Origin: an uncultured cyanobacterium
GTDB lineage: Bacteria > Cyanobacteriota > Cyanobacteriia > PCC-9006 > JAAUQQ01
Assembly: GCA_963718615.1 (NCBI GenBank)
Contig: OY970368.1
Span: forward strand, 4,800,001-4,864,000
Direction: 5' to 3'
Length of the DNA stretch: 64,000 bases
Below the pieces are notes generated by a model. That model was not told the DNA's origin. It worked only from the letters and a program-made list of their open reading frames with translations, and did no database searches. A program made the position numbers and the translations under genes. This document shows, piece after piece, positions 19,001 through 30,254 of this stretch. The first letter of the stretch is position 1, and each line of letters starts with the position of its first letter.

Positions 19001-21766
19001 CTAATCGAGAAAGAGTCCTGGAATCAACAGGCGACTGACGGTCCGCCCATCTTCGAGGGGTAGCAACTCCAAGCTTCCCCCGAGTTTTTCCATAAGGGTT
19101 TGGGCCAAGTGCAGCCGGAGTCCCGGCTCCTCTTCCAGGAGCGATCGCACCAGGGGATCCGACTGATCCGCCGTGGGCTGTAAGGCGGCCAACAGTTGGG
19201 GATCAATGATGCCATTGTCCGTCACACTCAACTCCAGCAACCCCTCAGGTTGGGCATTGCACCAGACATCAATGCGCCCTCCGATCAAGCAGCGATCGCA
19301 AGCCGCCACCAAAACGCTGTGAATTGCATTTTCCAGCTTGAGGCTATCGCCGCACAGTTGGTGCTGCTGCACCTCGGACCAGTGAAACTGGGACCAAAGC
19401 TGGCGTTGGGAGATCAAGCTATCAATGCGATGTTTGGCTTGTTTGAGTAGACGGATCACCGGAAAGGTCTGGGTTCGAATTTGGAGCGTCTGCCCCTCTG
19501 CTTCGAAGACTTCCTTAAGACCGGCGATCGCCTGGTTCATCCGCTCCAGCCCCTCTTGCAAAATGCGCTCTCCTTCGGGGGTCAGTTCTTGGAGTCGTTG
19601 AAGCTGATCGGCCAAGGTGCGCTGAAACCGCTCTCCACAAAACTGTTTGTAGCCATGGAGTTGCTCTAGTTCCGCCTGACGAAGTTGGAGGTGCTGACGC
19701 TGGCGCAACGACCGGCGCGACCAAGCCAGCTGTTGAATCAAAATGCGGCACAGACTCAAAGGCCGCTCCATCCAAGGATGGGCCTGACTTTCACCCATCA
19801 GAATTAATCCCTGGGGCACATCCGAACTGGAGTCCCGCAGAGGCAGCACAAGTAACTGAGCTAGCTGGGGAAACGCCAACCATTGACGGGTCATAGGGGA
19901 GAGATGGTCCACCGGCTGAATTAGCCAATCTGTAGCCTGGAGCGCTTGCTGAAGTAAGGGATCCCGCAGACCATCCAGAACCGGAGTGCTGAGCTGCGAC
20001 CATTGGCTATCCAGATGGACCGCATCCACCCAGCGCATCTGCCCCTCCCGAGGAGACCAGTCTAGTAAGGCAACCCAGGGGACTTGCAACAATTGGGCGA
20101 TCGCCTGGAGCCCCACTCGATCCAACCGCTTGGGTTCGGTTTCCTGATGGAGGCTGGTGAGCCCCCACTGTAGCGCTTGGTGCCAGGTCTGCAACTGCTG
20201 CATTTGGTCGGACAAGCGTCGCTGATGGAGGACCGTGGTCATCTGACGAGACAGATCGCGAAAAAGCGCTAAATCGGCGGCAGACCAGGTTCGAGGCTGT
20301 TCCCGCGTGAGCAACAATGCCCCTTCGCCAAAATTTGAAGGAGCCGTGGGACAGACCAACAGCGATCGCACCCCTGCTCGACTGAATAACTGCGATCGCC
20401 AACGCATTAAGCGCAAATCCGACTGCCAGTCTTCCACCATCAATCCCTCGGGATGCTCATCCAGCAGCAGGCGATCGAGCTCATCCAATTTGGCTAAGGG
20501 ACCATTCAAGAGTTTGCGACGCCCCGCCTGATGCTGAAATAAAATCGGAAAACTTTGGCGAGCGTCCTGGTAATGAATCAGCAGCAACCGCTCCACCTGC
20601 AACCGTTCAAACAGGTAATCTGCCGTCTGACGCAGGGCCTCGTGCCAATCTTGCCGATCCCGCACCGCTAGCCCCAGGGCCGCAATCACCGCCTGGTCGG
20701 CTTTGCCGGTGCCGATTGCCTGGTCGATCTGATCCTGGGGGGCCACCAGGGTGGCCAACTGGGCAACGCCCTGCAAATAGCGCTTCTCGCCTTCACTCCA
20801 AAGATGGGCTGCGATGCCGCCTGTGACGATAAATCCCAGGAGTTGGGTACCCGAACCAATCGGGGCAACCAGCAGCGATCGCACCTGGATCTGCCCATGG
20901 AGATAGCTCGAAATGCTGGACTGGAGCGCACTGCTGGTGTCGCTGATACTGAGAACGCGATCGCGCTTGAGGGTTTGATATAAATCTTGACAATCGGCGA
21001 TCGCCAACACCCCAGGTGGTGAGAACCCCGTACCACTGCCCTGCACCTGTTTAAGCAATCGCGGCCAAAACACTCGGCGATCGGGGTCAAACCAATATAG
21101 AAGTGTACGGCTCGTGCCAATAAACTGGTGCGTCTCCGCCACAATGCACTGCAACTGCTCTTGCAGCGTAGGCTGTTCCCGCAGCTGATCCAAGAGTCGC
21201 AGCAGCGGCTCCTCCGGTCGCTTTTGCTGTTTTTCCTGGTGAACCGTAGCAATCTGATGTAGCGCCACCGCCAATTGACCACAAAGAATCGAGAGGGCCG
21301 CAATGTCATCGGCCTGGGGAGCCATCCCCCACTCCGGAATCCCAAACAGTGCAACCCCGTAGCAAACGGTTTGGTAATGAATGGGGAAGAGCAAACTGCC
21401 CTGAATGTCTAGGGTTTGGGCGATCGTCCGCCACCGACCCGCCTTGCGCTCTTGACCCAAATCCGGCACTTGCAGCGGTCGCCGTTGGACAAAAACCTGT
21501 TCCAGTAAGCTACCGGATTCTAGAAGTAGATGTTCGCGATGGAGCCAGCGTTTTTCCCCTGGACTGACGGCATCGTAGCCCATGAGACAGTCTTCCTGGG
21601 GCTGGTAGGTGCCAAACCAAACCAAGCTGTAGCCCAGTTCTTGGCAGAGAAAAGGAACCGTTGCCTCAAACAGGGCCTCGATTTCATCGGTTTCACGCAG
21701 CAGCTTGAGCACCTGGCTGAGCCTTGTGAGCTTTCGGTCCTGTGAAACCGAGGCTTGTCGGACCAT
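19001..21766 (-). CDS. Multi-GAF sensor protein with degenerate histidine kinase C-terminus
   Basis: Repeated GAF-type segments (SLLFPI, SLLVAPI, SLLVCP, LLVLPL) and VTDNG / EKLGGSL HATPase remnants. Confidence 0.82.
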   Translation of the reverse strand: MVRQASVSQDRKLTRLSQVLKLLRETDEIEALFEATVPFLCQELGYSLVWFGTYQPQEDCLMGYDAVSPGEKRWLHREHLLLESGSLLEQVFVQRRPLQVPDLGQERKAGRWRTIAQTLDIQGSLLFPIHYQTVCYGVALFGIPEWGMAPQADDIAALSILCGQLAVALHQIATVHQEKQQKRPEEPLLRLLDQLREQPTLQEQLQCIVAETHQFIGTSRTLLYWFDPDRRVFWPRLLKQVQGSGTGFSPPGVLAIADCQDLYQTLKRDRVLSISDTSSALQSSISSYLHGQIQVRSLLVAPIGSGTQLLGFIVTGGIAAHLWSEGEKRYLQGVAQLATLVAPQDQIDQAIGTGKADQAVIAALGLAVRDRQDWHEALRQTADYLFERLQVERLLLIHYQDARQSFPILFQHQAGRRKLLNGPLAKLDELDRLLLDEHPEGLMVEDWQSDLRLMRWRSQLFSRAGVRSLLVCPTAPSNFGEGALLLTREQPRTWSAADLALFRDLSRQMTTVLHQRRLSDQMQQLQTWHQALQWGLTSLHQETEPKRLDRVGLQAIAQLLQVPWVALLDWSPREGQMRWVDAVHLDSQWSQLSTPVLDGLRDPLLQQALQATDWLIQPVDHLSPMTRQWLAFPQLAQLLVLPLRDSSSDVPQGLILMGESQAHPWMERPLSLCRILIQQLAWSRRSLRQRQHLQLRQAELEQLHGYKQFCGERFQRTLADQLQRLQELTPEGERILQEGLERMNQAIAGLKEVFEAEGQTLQIRTQTFPVIRLLKQAKHRIDSLISQRQLWSQFHWSEVQQHQLCGDSLKLENAIHSVLVAACDRCLIGGRIDVWCNAQPEGLLELSVTDNGIIDPQLLAALQPTADQSDPLVRSLLEEEPGLRLHLAQTLMEKLGGSLELLPLEDGRTVSRLLIPGLFLD

Positions 21767-22041
21767 GGCGATTTCTCCTCCCTAACCCTAACCCTGTGCT
21801 TAACCCTGTTGTAACTGATCCAGGCCCACTCCATTGCCCTTTATCCTACGACGCTCATCAGCTGACTCTCATCGACGCTAATTTCAATAGGATGATGAAG
21901 ATCTTGATTTAAATTAAGTAAAAGATAGAAAAAAGCAGCCTAGGGCAAAATTTGAGGCGAGTTTCGAGTTTATTGTTCCCCGTTTCCTGTTCTTTTCTGC
22001 CGTTCTTTTCTGCCGTCCTTTTCTGCCAGGGATCACCGCGC

Positions 22042-23179
22042 TTGGATATTTACACTTCACTGATTCGTCCGCTGCTGTTTTCGGGTCTGCGAGCCGATCC
22101 AGAGTGGATGCATGGCCAAGCGATCCATTGGCTGGGCAAGCTTGCAACCGATCGCCAAACGCCCGGGCTAGACTGGGCTCGGACCCAAATCCAGCGAACC
22201 TGCAGCCTAGAGGATCCGCGCCTCACCCAGATCCTTCTGGGGCAAAACGTTTCCGAATCCCATTGGTTTGGCCGCCGGATTTGACAAGGATGGTTGGGCT
22301 GCGCCCCTGTGGTCAGATTTCGGGTTTGGTTTCGCTGAGATCGGCACTGTGACTTGGCATGCCCAAGCCGGTAATCCTCAGCCAAGGCTCTTTCGCCTAT
22401 TGGACGATCGGGCTGTCTTGAACCGCATGGGATTTAATAACCGAGGTGCCCAAGCGCTAGCCGCTCGCTTGGCTGAATATGGCTTGCCTGGGGGCGATCG
22501 CCCCATTCCCCTCGGCATCAATCTGGGAAAATCAAAAATCACCCCCCTAGAAACCGCCGCTACCGACTATTGCGCCAGTTTTGAGCTGCTTGCCCCTTGG
22601 GGAGATTATTTTGTCGTTAATGTTTCATCGCCGAATACGCCGGGATTGCGATCGCTCCAAGCCAAAGAACAGCTAGAGCCCATCTTGCGAGGATTGCAAG
22701 CCATCAATGGCCAGCCGCGCCCGCTCCTGCTCAAAATTGCACCGGATTTGGCCGACGAGGATATTCTTTCAATTTTGGATTTGATTGCAGACTGTCACCT
22801 CGCTGGCATCATCGCCACCAACACCACGATTCAGCGTTCCGGATTGCGCACCCAGATACTAGCAGCAACTGGCAAAAATGTGTCAGAGGAAGCGGGAGGA
22901 ATTAGCGGAGCTCCGTTGCGATCGCGTTCCACCGAGGTTATTCGCCTGATTTATCGCCACACCCAAGGCCAACTGCCGATTATCGGTGTCGGTGGCGTCT
23001 TCACCCCCGAGGATGCCTGGGAGAAAATTACCGCCGGAGCCAGCCTTGTTCAGATTTACACCGGTTGGATTTACGAAGGGCCTGCTATGGTTAAACGAAT
23101 TCTGCAAGGGCTTCAACAAAAACTAGAAGCTCAGGGCTTCGCTTCGATTACAGAGGCGATCGGCAGAACCGCAACCTGA
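22042..23179 (+). pseudogene. pyrD: Quinone-dependent dihydroorotate dehydrogenase with a one-base insertion near 22244 (possibly a sequencing error)
   Basis: N-terminal LDIYTSLIRPLLF..DPE in one frame, [24 protein letters not shown] in another; deleting one A from AAAA 22244-22247 restores GQTFPNPIG. Confidence 0.9.
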
Positions 23180-23501
23180 GTGTCACCGAAAAGTTACCGA
23201 AAAAGTTACCGAAAGGTCACCGGAGTGCGACTTGCAATCCCTGGCGATAGAGGGTTGAAAAATATATTTCTCTAGCGGTGGTCATTCTGCATGAGATTGG
23301 GTACCATGCACTAGCATAAATTCGGTTGATTGCAATAAACCGCTGTGTTACTCAGGTGAAATGCTCTCCAGTAGGGCGTTTTATCCCTATGGCCTGTCGT
23401 CACCTGGGGAAAAGGTAAGAAAAAACCTTGCCCATTCCCCGTTCAGCAGGTAAGCTCACGTTCTCAAAGTCGGCAAATCAACGCTAATGGGTAGGTAAAC
23501 C

Positions 23502-24596
23502 GTGTTTAAGGGCCTGTTCTCCGGAAATAAGCAGGGCATTGGGGTGGAACTGACCCCAGAACGTATCAATTTGGCCCAGCTCAAAAAGCAAGGTCAAGGT
23601 TATAAGCTCGTCAGTCTGGTCAGCAAAGAAATGCCAGAGGATGTCATCCAAGACGGCCAAATTGTGAATCCCCCTGCCCTGGCAGAGCTTTTGCAGTCGG
23701 TGATTGAGGAAGGCAAAATCAAGACCAAGCACGTCGCCACCGCGATTTCTGGCCGGGATGTGATTGCCCGCTTGATTTCTGTACCTGCCGAGCTCGATGA
23801 AAACGAGTTACGCGACATGGTTTTGAACCAGGAGGCGGGTCTGTATTTGCCTTTTCCCCGCGAAGAAGCCGACGTGGACTACCAAAAACTGGGTTTTTTC
23901 GTCGATGAGGATGGCATCGAGAAGGTCCAGGTGCTGCTGGTAGCCACCCGACGCGAGATTACCGACACCTACATCAGCACGTTCCGAGAGGCAGGTCTGG
24001 AGCTGGATGTTTTGGAAATTAGCAGTTTTGCGCTCATTCGGACGATCCGGCAGCAGCTCCAGCAGTTCAGCTCCCAGGAAGCGGTGGCGATCGCCGACAT
24101 CGAATTTGACAACACCGAAATTTCCATCGTGGTCGATGGCGTTCCCCAATTTTCCCGGACCGTCCCCATTGGCACCTACCAAATCTGGCAGTCCCTCTGC
24201 CGCGCCATGAACATGCCCCCGTCCCGCGATACCGAGTCCCTACGGGGGATGACGGTTCCCGTCACCCCAGTGGACAGCATCGGCACCAAAACCGCACCGG
24301 GAAATCCGGGCTCAGCGGCGATGCTGCGGGTGTTAGGCGATTTGTCCGATGAACTGCGCCGCTCCATCGATTTTTATCTCAATCAAGACGAAAACCTAGA
24401 AGTGGCCCAGCTCTTGATTGCAGGCCCCGGTGCCTGCTTGGGTCAGCTTGATGAATTTTTTAGCCAGCGGCTCAGCCTCCCGGCCAGCCAGGTGGATCCC
24501 TTTTCAACCTCGTCCATCGAAGCTGGGGCAGAGATCGACGATCTGCAACGTCCCAGTCTGGGGGTTGTATTGGGCTTAGGACTGCGTGAGGTGTGA
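23502..24596 (+). CDS. pilM: Type IV pilus assembly protein PilM
   Basis: Actin-like fold motifs IGVELTPERIN, LYLPFPREEA, ELRRSIDFY; first in operon. Confidence 0.96.
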   Translation: MFKGLFSGNKQGIGVELTPERINLAQLKKQGQGYKLVSLVSKEMPEDVIQDGQIVNPPALAELLQSVIEEGKIKTKHVATAISGRDVIARLISVPAELDENELRDMVLNQEAGLYLPFPREEADVDYQKLGFFVDEDGIEKVQVLLVATRREITDTYISTFREAGLELDVLEISSFALIRTIRQQLQQFSSQEAVAIADIEFDNTEISIVVDGVPQFSRTVPIGTYQIWQSLCRAMNMPPSRDTESLRGMTVPVTPVDSIGTKTAPGNPGSAAMLRVLGDLSDELRRSIDFYLNQDENLEVAQLLIAGPGACLGQLDEFFSQRLSLPASQVDPFSTSSIEAGAEIDDLQRPSLGVVLGLGLREV

Positions 24597-24599
24597 GAC

Positions 24600-25349
24600 A
24601 TGTATAGCTTAGATGTTAATTTTCTCAAGGATCGAGGCACTCAAACCCAGGACGCTCAAACGCGAGTGCGACGGACAACTGGCCCCATCAATTGGACGCC
24701 AGCAATGGTGGGTCTATTGGTCGGTTTGCTCTTTCCCCTCATGGCCTTAGGCGGACTCTTTTGGGCCAAGAACACATCCCGCAAACTCACTGCCGACAAG
24801 GCCCAGGTTGACCAGGAACTGGCCAGTTTGCAAGCCCAGGTGGCTGAGCTTGAAAAAATCACCCAGGAAACGGAAGCCGTTCAAAAGGATACCGCTTCCC
24901 TGGTGGGCGTGTTTGATCAGCTCAATCCCTGGTCTGCAATTTTGCAAGACGTGAGCAATCGCGTTCCGACAACGGTGCGGCTGCAATCGGTCAAACAAGA
25001 GGAAAACGCCCTGGTGTTGACGGGCAATGCCGAGTCCTATGAGGATGTCAACGACTTTGTGCTGACCCTCGGCGATTCCATTTTCTTCCAGAAACAAGGG
25101 ATTGTGCTTCAGGAGGCGGCGCTTGCCGATGATCCAACCAAGGTTGAAGTCAATAAAAGTGGCGAAAATGCGCCTGAAGTGACCGTGGAGAGCAAGCAGG
25201 TGGTGAACTACACCATCCAAGCGCCCTTCGGAGAATGGACTTATCAGGGCGAAGCCGGTCAGCCAACCCTTGAAGCCCTCTCACGCTTAGGGGCGGAGGG
25301 ATTGGTCTCACGCATTGAGGAGCTTAAGCAACAAGGGGTAATTGACTAA
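24600..25349 (+). CDS. pilN: Type IV pilus assembly protein PilN
   Basis: MYSLDVNFLKDR start, TM, coiled coil, PWSAILQD. Confidence 0.93.
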   Translation: MYSLDVNFLKDRGTQTQDAQTRVRRTTGPINWTPAMVGLLVGLLFPLMALGGLFWAKNTSRKLTADKAQVDQELASLQAQVAELEKITQETEAVQKDTASLVGVFDQLNPWSAILQDVSNRVPTTVRLQSVKQEENALVLTGNAESYEDVNDFVLTLGDSIFFQKQGIVLQEAALADDPTKVEVNKSGENAPEVTVESKQVVNYTIQAPFGEWTYQGEAGQPTLEALSRLGAEGLVSRIEELKQQGVID

Positions 25350-26119
25350 TGACATTCACGGAAGAGTTTGTCCCAGTTCAGGATGTTCGAGAGCAGGCGA
25401 ACTATCCCACGGCGTTTGGGGTCACGTTCACGCCAACGGTGCTGGGATGGTTGGCGATCGTGGCGGGTTTGATGGGGGGCCTTTATCTGCTCTTAAATCA
25501 GGTGTTACCCACGATTCAAGCCAATCGAGATTTGGCTGAGCAAGTTGAAGCCAGCAAAGCCCAGCTCGAAACCCAGAAAAAGAGTCTGGAGAATCGAGGA
25601 GAATTTGAAGCCCGGAAGCAATCGGCCCTGGCGGAGTTTGACCAGACCATGGATCTGTTTGCCGATGAATCGTCGCTGGATACGTTGCTGCTCGACATCA
25701 GTCAGCAAATCCCCAACCCGAAGGAAATTTTACGCAGTTTTTCTCCGGAGGGAGAAGTTGAGGTTGTCACCGATGGCTCCCTCGGGGAGGGGGTCAATGG
25801 CATGCTCAAGCGTCAGGCCTACACCGTTGAAATTGAGGGCACCTACAAAAATACCCAGCAGTTTTTGGATCGCCTGGAACGGCTTCAACCCCTGATGTTA
25901 GTCACGAGCGTTGAGACCGAATCCGCAGAGCTTGTCCAGGAGGTTAATGTGGGACCCTTTGGCCAAATCAGCATTAACCGCAAGGATCCGCTGTTGAACA
26001 GCACCATTAATTTGCAGGCGCTGATTGAGCGATCGCGCGAAGAAATCGAAGCGGATCGGACAGCGGCGGCGGCAGCGCCAGCGGATGGTACGGCTCCGGC
26101 TCCTGCCCCTGCGCCATAG
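25349..26119 (+). CDS. pilO: Type IV pilus assembly protein PilO
   Basis: YPTAFGVTFTP, SLDTLLLD, LERLQPL; overlaps the pilN stop. Confidence 0.9.
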   Translation: MTFTEEFVPVQDVREQANYPTAFGVTFTPTVLGWLAIVAGLMGGLYLLLNQVLPTIQANRDLAEQVEASKAQLETQKKSLENRGEFEARKQSALAEFDQTMDLFADESSLDTLLLDISQQIPNPKEILRSFSPEGEVEVVTDGSLGEGVNGMLKRQAYTVEIEGTYKNTQQFLDRLERLQPLMLVTSVETESAELVQEVNVGPFGQISINRKDPLLNSTINLQALIERSREEIEADRTAAAAAPADGTAPAPAPAP

Positions 26120-26204
26120 GGGCTCAATCCGAAGTTCACAGTGTGGCTGCCCTTGCAGCGTCTCCCGATCAATTCATGTGCTTGCAATCAGGTGAGGATT
26201 CAGA

Positions 26205-28382
26205 ATGAAATCATTTCTCGGCTTTAGTAGCTTAGCGACCGCCAGTGCGCTGGTGGTAGCCGCCGCCCAACCGACGCTGGCAGCCCCTACCCAGGTGACG
26301 GGGATAGAGATTAAGGAAACAAGCGGTGGGGTTGAAATTGAGCTAAGGACTAGGTTTGGCGATCGCCCCCAAGTCTTCTCTGCCCCCCGAGGCAATACCT
26401 GGGTCGCGGATGTCATCAATACCCAACTTTCAGAAGAGCAAGCCATCAATCGGGAAAACCCTGCCCCTGGCATCGCTTCGATTCAGATTCTTCCCCTGGA
26501 TACCAACAGCATTCGCATCATCGTGACCGGCACTGCGACTCAGCCTGCGGGGGAAGTTTTGCAACGGAGTAATAATCTATTGTCCTTTGCGGTGAAAACA
26601 GATACGGGAATCGCTGCGGTTCCCGCCCAGCCCGCTGCGCCGATCACCGCCCAAGGCCAAATTGCTCAGCCCCAGCAAGTTCAGCCGACTCAGCCGGTGG
26701 ATGTGCTGGTGCCCAATCCTAAGGTCACCATTGACGGTGAACCGGCGGCTCCCCAGCCATTAGAACCCGCTCCACCCTTTCTGCCTCGGGCTGTAGCGCC
26801 TCCGGTGGGGGACATTGCGATTTCAGAAATTAACTTTCAGCCCACCAGCGTTGATCTAGGGACAGCGGTTCGGATTCCGCGCCTGGTGCTGCGGGAAGCT
26901 CCGGCACGGGAGGTCCTGTCGCTGTTGGCTCGAGCGGCGGGGTTGAATTTAGCCTATAGTCCGGCGGCTGGCGAAAATGCCCAAGGGGGCGCGGCCCAAA
27001 CTCCGGACGGAGGCGAGGAAGGTCCTAAAATTTCCCTGGATGTGGAGAATGAGCCGGTTCAGGATGTCTTTAATGCGGTGTTGCGGCTGAGCGGCCTGGA
27101 GGGCAATCGCAATAACAATACGATTTTTGTCAGTCCCAAGCTGCCGAATGATGTCAAAGACATCGTGATCCGCACCTATCGGCTCAACCAGTCGACCGCT
27201 GCCAACGTCGCGTCATTTTTAACAAGTATGGGGGCGGAACGGGCCATTAGCCGGACAGTGGTTTCCCAGGAAGTCGAAGCGGTGGATGTGGGAACCGGGC
27301 AAGATACGGAAAATGCTCCCCAGTTAACCCAAACCCGTACGACCACCTCCACTGAACTGGATACCGATCGCCTAGAGACCCAGGACTCTGTGCCGGTCTT
27401 ACGGGGGGTTCAAGTTCTGGCCGATGAGCGAACCAATTCTGTGACGATTGTTGGACCTCGGAACTTGGTGGCGATCGCCTCCACCAAAATCACCGAGCTT
27501 GACCTTCGCAAGCGCCAAGTGGCCGTCAACGTTCGCATTGTTGATGTCAATCTCAACAACACCACCCGCGCCGGTACCAGCTTCTCCTTTGGTTTGGCAG
27601 GAACCCGTTTTCTCACGGAGGGTGGAATTGCGCTCTTTAACTTCGATACCTCCGGCGGCAATGGTGCTCGTGGCCCCGGCAATATCAGCAACGTTTCGAC
27701 CGCAGGGGTGGGCTCCAATGTTGGGTCTGCGTTTCAAAGCAACAATCTGGGCGGTGTGGTCAAGGACTTCGTGGCCCAACTTCAGGCCAATATCGTCAAT
27801 GGCAACGCCAAAATCCTGACCGATCCGACCATCGTGGTGCAAGAAGGGCAAACGGCTTCGGTGAATCTGACGGAGGAGGTCGTCACCAACCTCACCGTCA
27901 ACCGACAGACCACCGCTGCTGGCATTAGCGAAACGATCGAAATCGAAAAAGAGGATGCGGGGCTAGAGCTTGCGGTTCAAATCGATCGCATCGACGACAA
28001 TGGTTTCATCAATTTGTCTCTCTCGCCTTCGATTAAAGGCATTGCCGGGTTCCAGCAATTTGACGCTGGAAGCATCACGCTACTGAACAAACGGGTGCTC
28101 TCGTCTGGCACCATCCGCCTACGGGATGGCCAAGGGCTGATCCTTTCTGGGATTATTCAAGATGCCGATCGCAATACGGTGTCGAAGGTCCCCATCTTGG
28201 GAGATTTACCCCTGCTTGGCACCCTGTTTAGAAGAACAGAGCGGATCAATGAGCGCCGCGAAGTCATTGTCCTCGTGACGCCGCAAATCTTAGATGACTC
28301 CGATCGCTCCACCTTTGGCTATGCCTATTCACCCAGCGCCGAGGCAACTCGTTCCTTGGGAGCCACAACGACCTTGCCCTAG
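26205..28382 (+). CDS. pilQ: Type IV pilus secretin PilQ with AMIN domain
   Basis: ADERTNSVT, KILTDP, KVPILGDLPLLGTLFR secretin motifs. Confidence 0.95.
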   Translation: MKSFLGFSSLATASALVVAAAQPTLAAPTQVTGIEIKETSGGVEIELRTRFGDRPQVFSAPRGNTWVADVINTQLSEEQAINRENPAPGIASIQILPLDTNSIRIIVTGTATQPAGEVLQRSNNLLSFAVKTDTGIAAVPAQPAAPITAQGQIAQPQQVQPTQPVDVLVPNPKVTIDGEPAAPQPLEPAPPFLPRAVAPPVGDIAISEINFQPTSVDLGTAVRIPRLVLREAPAREVLSLLARAAGLNLAYSPAAGENAQGGAAQTPDGGEEGPKISLDVENEPVQDVFNAVLRLSGLEGNRNNNTIFVSPKLPNDVKDIVIRTYRLNQSTAANVASFLTSMGAERAISRTVVSQEVEAVDVGTGQDTENAPQLTQTRTTTSTELDTDRLETQDSVPVLRGVQVLADERTNSVTIVGPRNLVAIASTKITELDLRKRQVAVNVRIVDVNLNNTTRAGTSFSFGLAGTRFLTEGGIALFNFDTSGGNGARGPGNISNVSTAGVGSNVGSAFQSNNLGGVVKDFVAQLQANIVNGNAKILTDPTIVVQEGQTASVNLTEEVVTNLTVNRQTTAAGISETIEIEKEDAGLELAVQIDRIDDNGFINLSLSPSIKGIAGFQQFDAGSITLLNKRVLSSGTIRLRDGQGLILSGIIQDADRNTVSKVPILGDLPLLGTLFRRTERINERREVIVLVTPQILDDSDRSTFGYAYSPSAEATRSLGATTTLP

Positions 28383-28386
28383 AGTG

Positions 28387-28434
28387 ATTGAATCTGCATG
28401 AATTGAATCTGCATGAATTGAATCTGCATGAATT
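28387..28434. repeat. 15-bp tandem repeat ATTGAATCTGCATGA x3
   Basis: Read directly after the pilQ stop. Confidence 0.92.
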
Positions 28435-28441
28435 AAATGAT

Positions 28442-28476
28442 AAAGGGGAGCCCTGCAACGAGCTCCCCATTTTTTG
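28442..28476. terminator. Terminator between pilQ and the convergent gene
   Basis: GGGGAGC...GCTCCCC stem followed by ATTTTTT. Confidence 0.8.
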
Positions 28477-29340
28477 TTAAAGCAGAAACCGCAGCATCAG
28501 CGGCACAACGGTTTGAAACAGGCTGGTAAAGAAGTTGCCCGCCCCCCCGCCTGCGGGCTTAGGATTTTCGATCTGCTCCAAGGCTTCCAAGGTCTGCTGA
28601 GCAGTTTTTGCTCCCTGGACATCCTGCTGGTCTTCAAATAGCGTCTGGGCCGTTTTGACATCCTCCTGGGCCTGCTTCACTTGCCCCATGGCCGAGGCCG
28701 ACAGACCCCGACTGAGATAAGCGATCGCCAGCTTCGGTTGCCGATGAATCACCTGGCTGTAATATTCCATCGCTTCGGGATGGCGACCCTGCTGGGCGGC
28801 GTCCAGCGCCCAAGCGTAGTAAGTTTCCGTCGCGATTAGGGAGGCGGGCAGGGCGATCGCCCCCCGTAAATTAGCATGGGTGAGCTGGGCTCCCTCTAGG
28901 CGCGCATTGCCCAAATAGGCCCCCCGCAGGTCGGCGCTACGCAGGTCGGCACCGCGCAAATCCGTATTCTGAAGATTCGCACCATAGAGAACCGCCCCCT
29001 GCAAATTGGCCCCCTGCAAATTGGCGGCACTGAGGTTTGCGCGTCCCAAATTGGACGATCGCAAATTGGCATTTTGCAAATTCACCCCCTCCAGGTCCGC
29101 AAACACCAAACCCGCCTGCTCCAGATTGCATCCGACACAAGCCTTCGTCGAAAACAGTTGACGGAGCGGTTCCGAAGATTGGGCTTGGGCGGGCACAACT
29201 GTCCCTAAGGCCAATACCACACTAAGCCCCGCGCCCAGCCTCGTACCTAACCCCGTACCCAGGCCCGTTAGTCTATTACGCATGTTTAAGGGTGCTCCAA
29301 CCATAGAGTAGCGGCGATTTTTCTTCGAGCAGTTATGCAT
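28477..29340 (-). CDS. Secreted pentapeptide-repeat + TPR protein (true start probably downstream of 29340)
   Basis: CVGCNL, A(N/D)LxG repeats, TPR helices. Confidence 0.9.
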   Translation of the reverse strand: MHNCSKKNRRYSMVGAPLNMRNRLTGLGTGLGTRLGAGLSVVLALGTVVPAQAQSSEPLRQLFSTKACVGCNLEQAGLVFADLEGVNLQNANLRSSNLGRANLSAANLQGANLQGAVLYGANLQNTDLRGADLRSADLRGAYLGNARLEGAQLTHANLRGAIALPASLIATETYYAWALDAAQQGRHPEAMEYYSQVIHRQPKLAIAYLSRGLSASAMGQVKQAQEDVKTAQTLFEDQQDVQGAKTAQQTLEALEQIENPKPAGGGAGNFFTSLFQTVVPLMLRFLL

Positions 29341-29973
29341 AAATACAATGAATGGCCTATTTTATTCCGTCAAATTACTGTTTTATGTCGGCCATTCTAG
29401 AGGAACAGTTCCCTTCTGTCAGGTTTTGGCGTAAAAAATAACTCCACAGATTTCGTAAACCTGCTTCTATAAAAAGTAAGAATTTATCTAAAAATTCCGG
29501 GTTGAGAACGCGACGCGATCGCCCTTCCCGCCCTACCCATTTTTGCCAAAATTATCAATATTCGCTGCCTTATTTTCAATTGGGGTGGCGTGGGCCTGAC
29601 TCAGCAGGATGCCGTTGCCCTACGCTTCCTACAGGTTTTTGGGCAAAAACGAGTATTTTTACTCAGTGATCTGATAAAGAATCTAATGCAATCCATGAAA
29701 TCTACATAACTTAAACTTTTCAGCGTTCCGAATTTCGGATTTTGCCCTTAGAATAGTCGTTTGAAACTTCTGGCCTGTCAGGGTTTCAGCGGTTAAACAA
29801 TAAAATTTGTTGTTTAAGGACTTCTGAGATGCTTAACTTTAGATCAAGGGAGTTGCTGATAGCTACCTTCCTGATCCAAAAATTGAATGTCAGAAGCACA
29901 AACTGCCCACATCTCACGCCAGAGATCGAAGCAATTGCCAACCTGAGTAGCAGTCATTTCTTAAGGAGACCTT

Positions 29974-30249
29974 ATGAACAAGGGTGAACTCATTGATCAA
30001 GTGGCCGATAAAGCCAGCGTCACCAAAAAGCAAGCGGATGCCGTGATTACGGCGGCTCTTGAAGCCATCGTCGAAGCCGTCTCGAACGGCGACAAAGTGA
30101 CCCTTGTGGGTTTCGGGTCCTTTGAACGTCGCGAGCGCAAGGCTCGGGAAGGCCGCAACCCGAAGACGGGAGCCAAGATGGAAATTCCGGCAACTCGTGT
30201 GCCAGCTTTCTCCGCTGGCAAGCTCTTCAAGGAGAAGGTGGCGGACTAA
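29974..30249 (+). CDS. hup: Histone-like DNA-binding protein HU
   Basis: MNKGELI, GFGSF, GRNPKTG, PAFSAGK. Confidence 0.98.
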   Translation: MNKGELIDQVADKASVTKKQADAVITAALEAIVEAVSNGDKVTLVGFGSFERRERKAREGRNPKTGAKMEIPATRVPAFSAGKLFKEKVAD

Positions 30250-30254
30250 TCCGC

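Noticed and set aside
21952-22284. Independent 110-aa gene
   Set aside because: It is the 5' part of frameshifted pyrD
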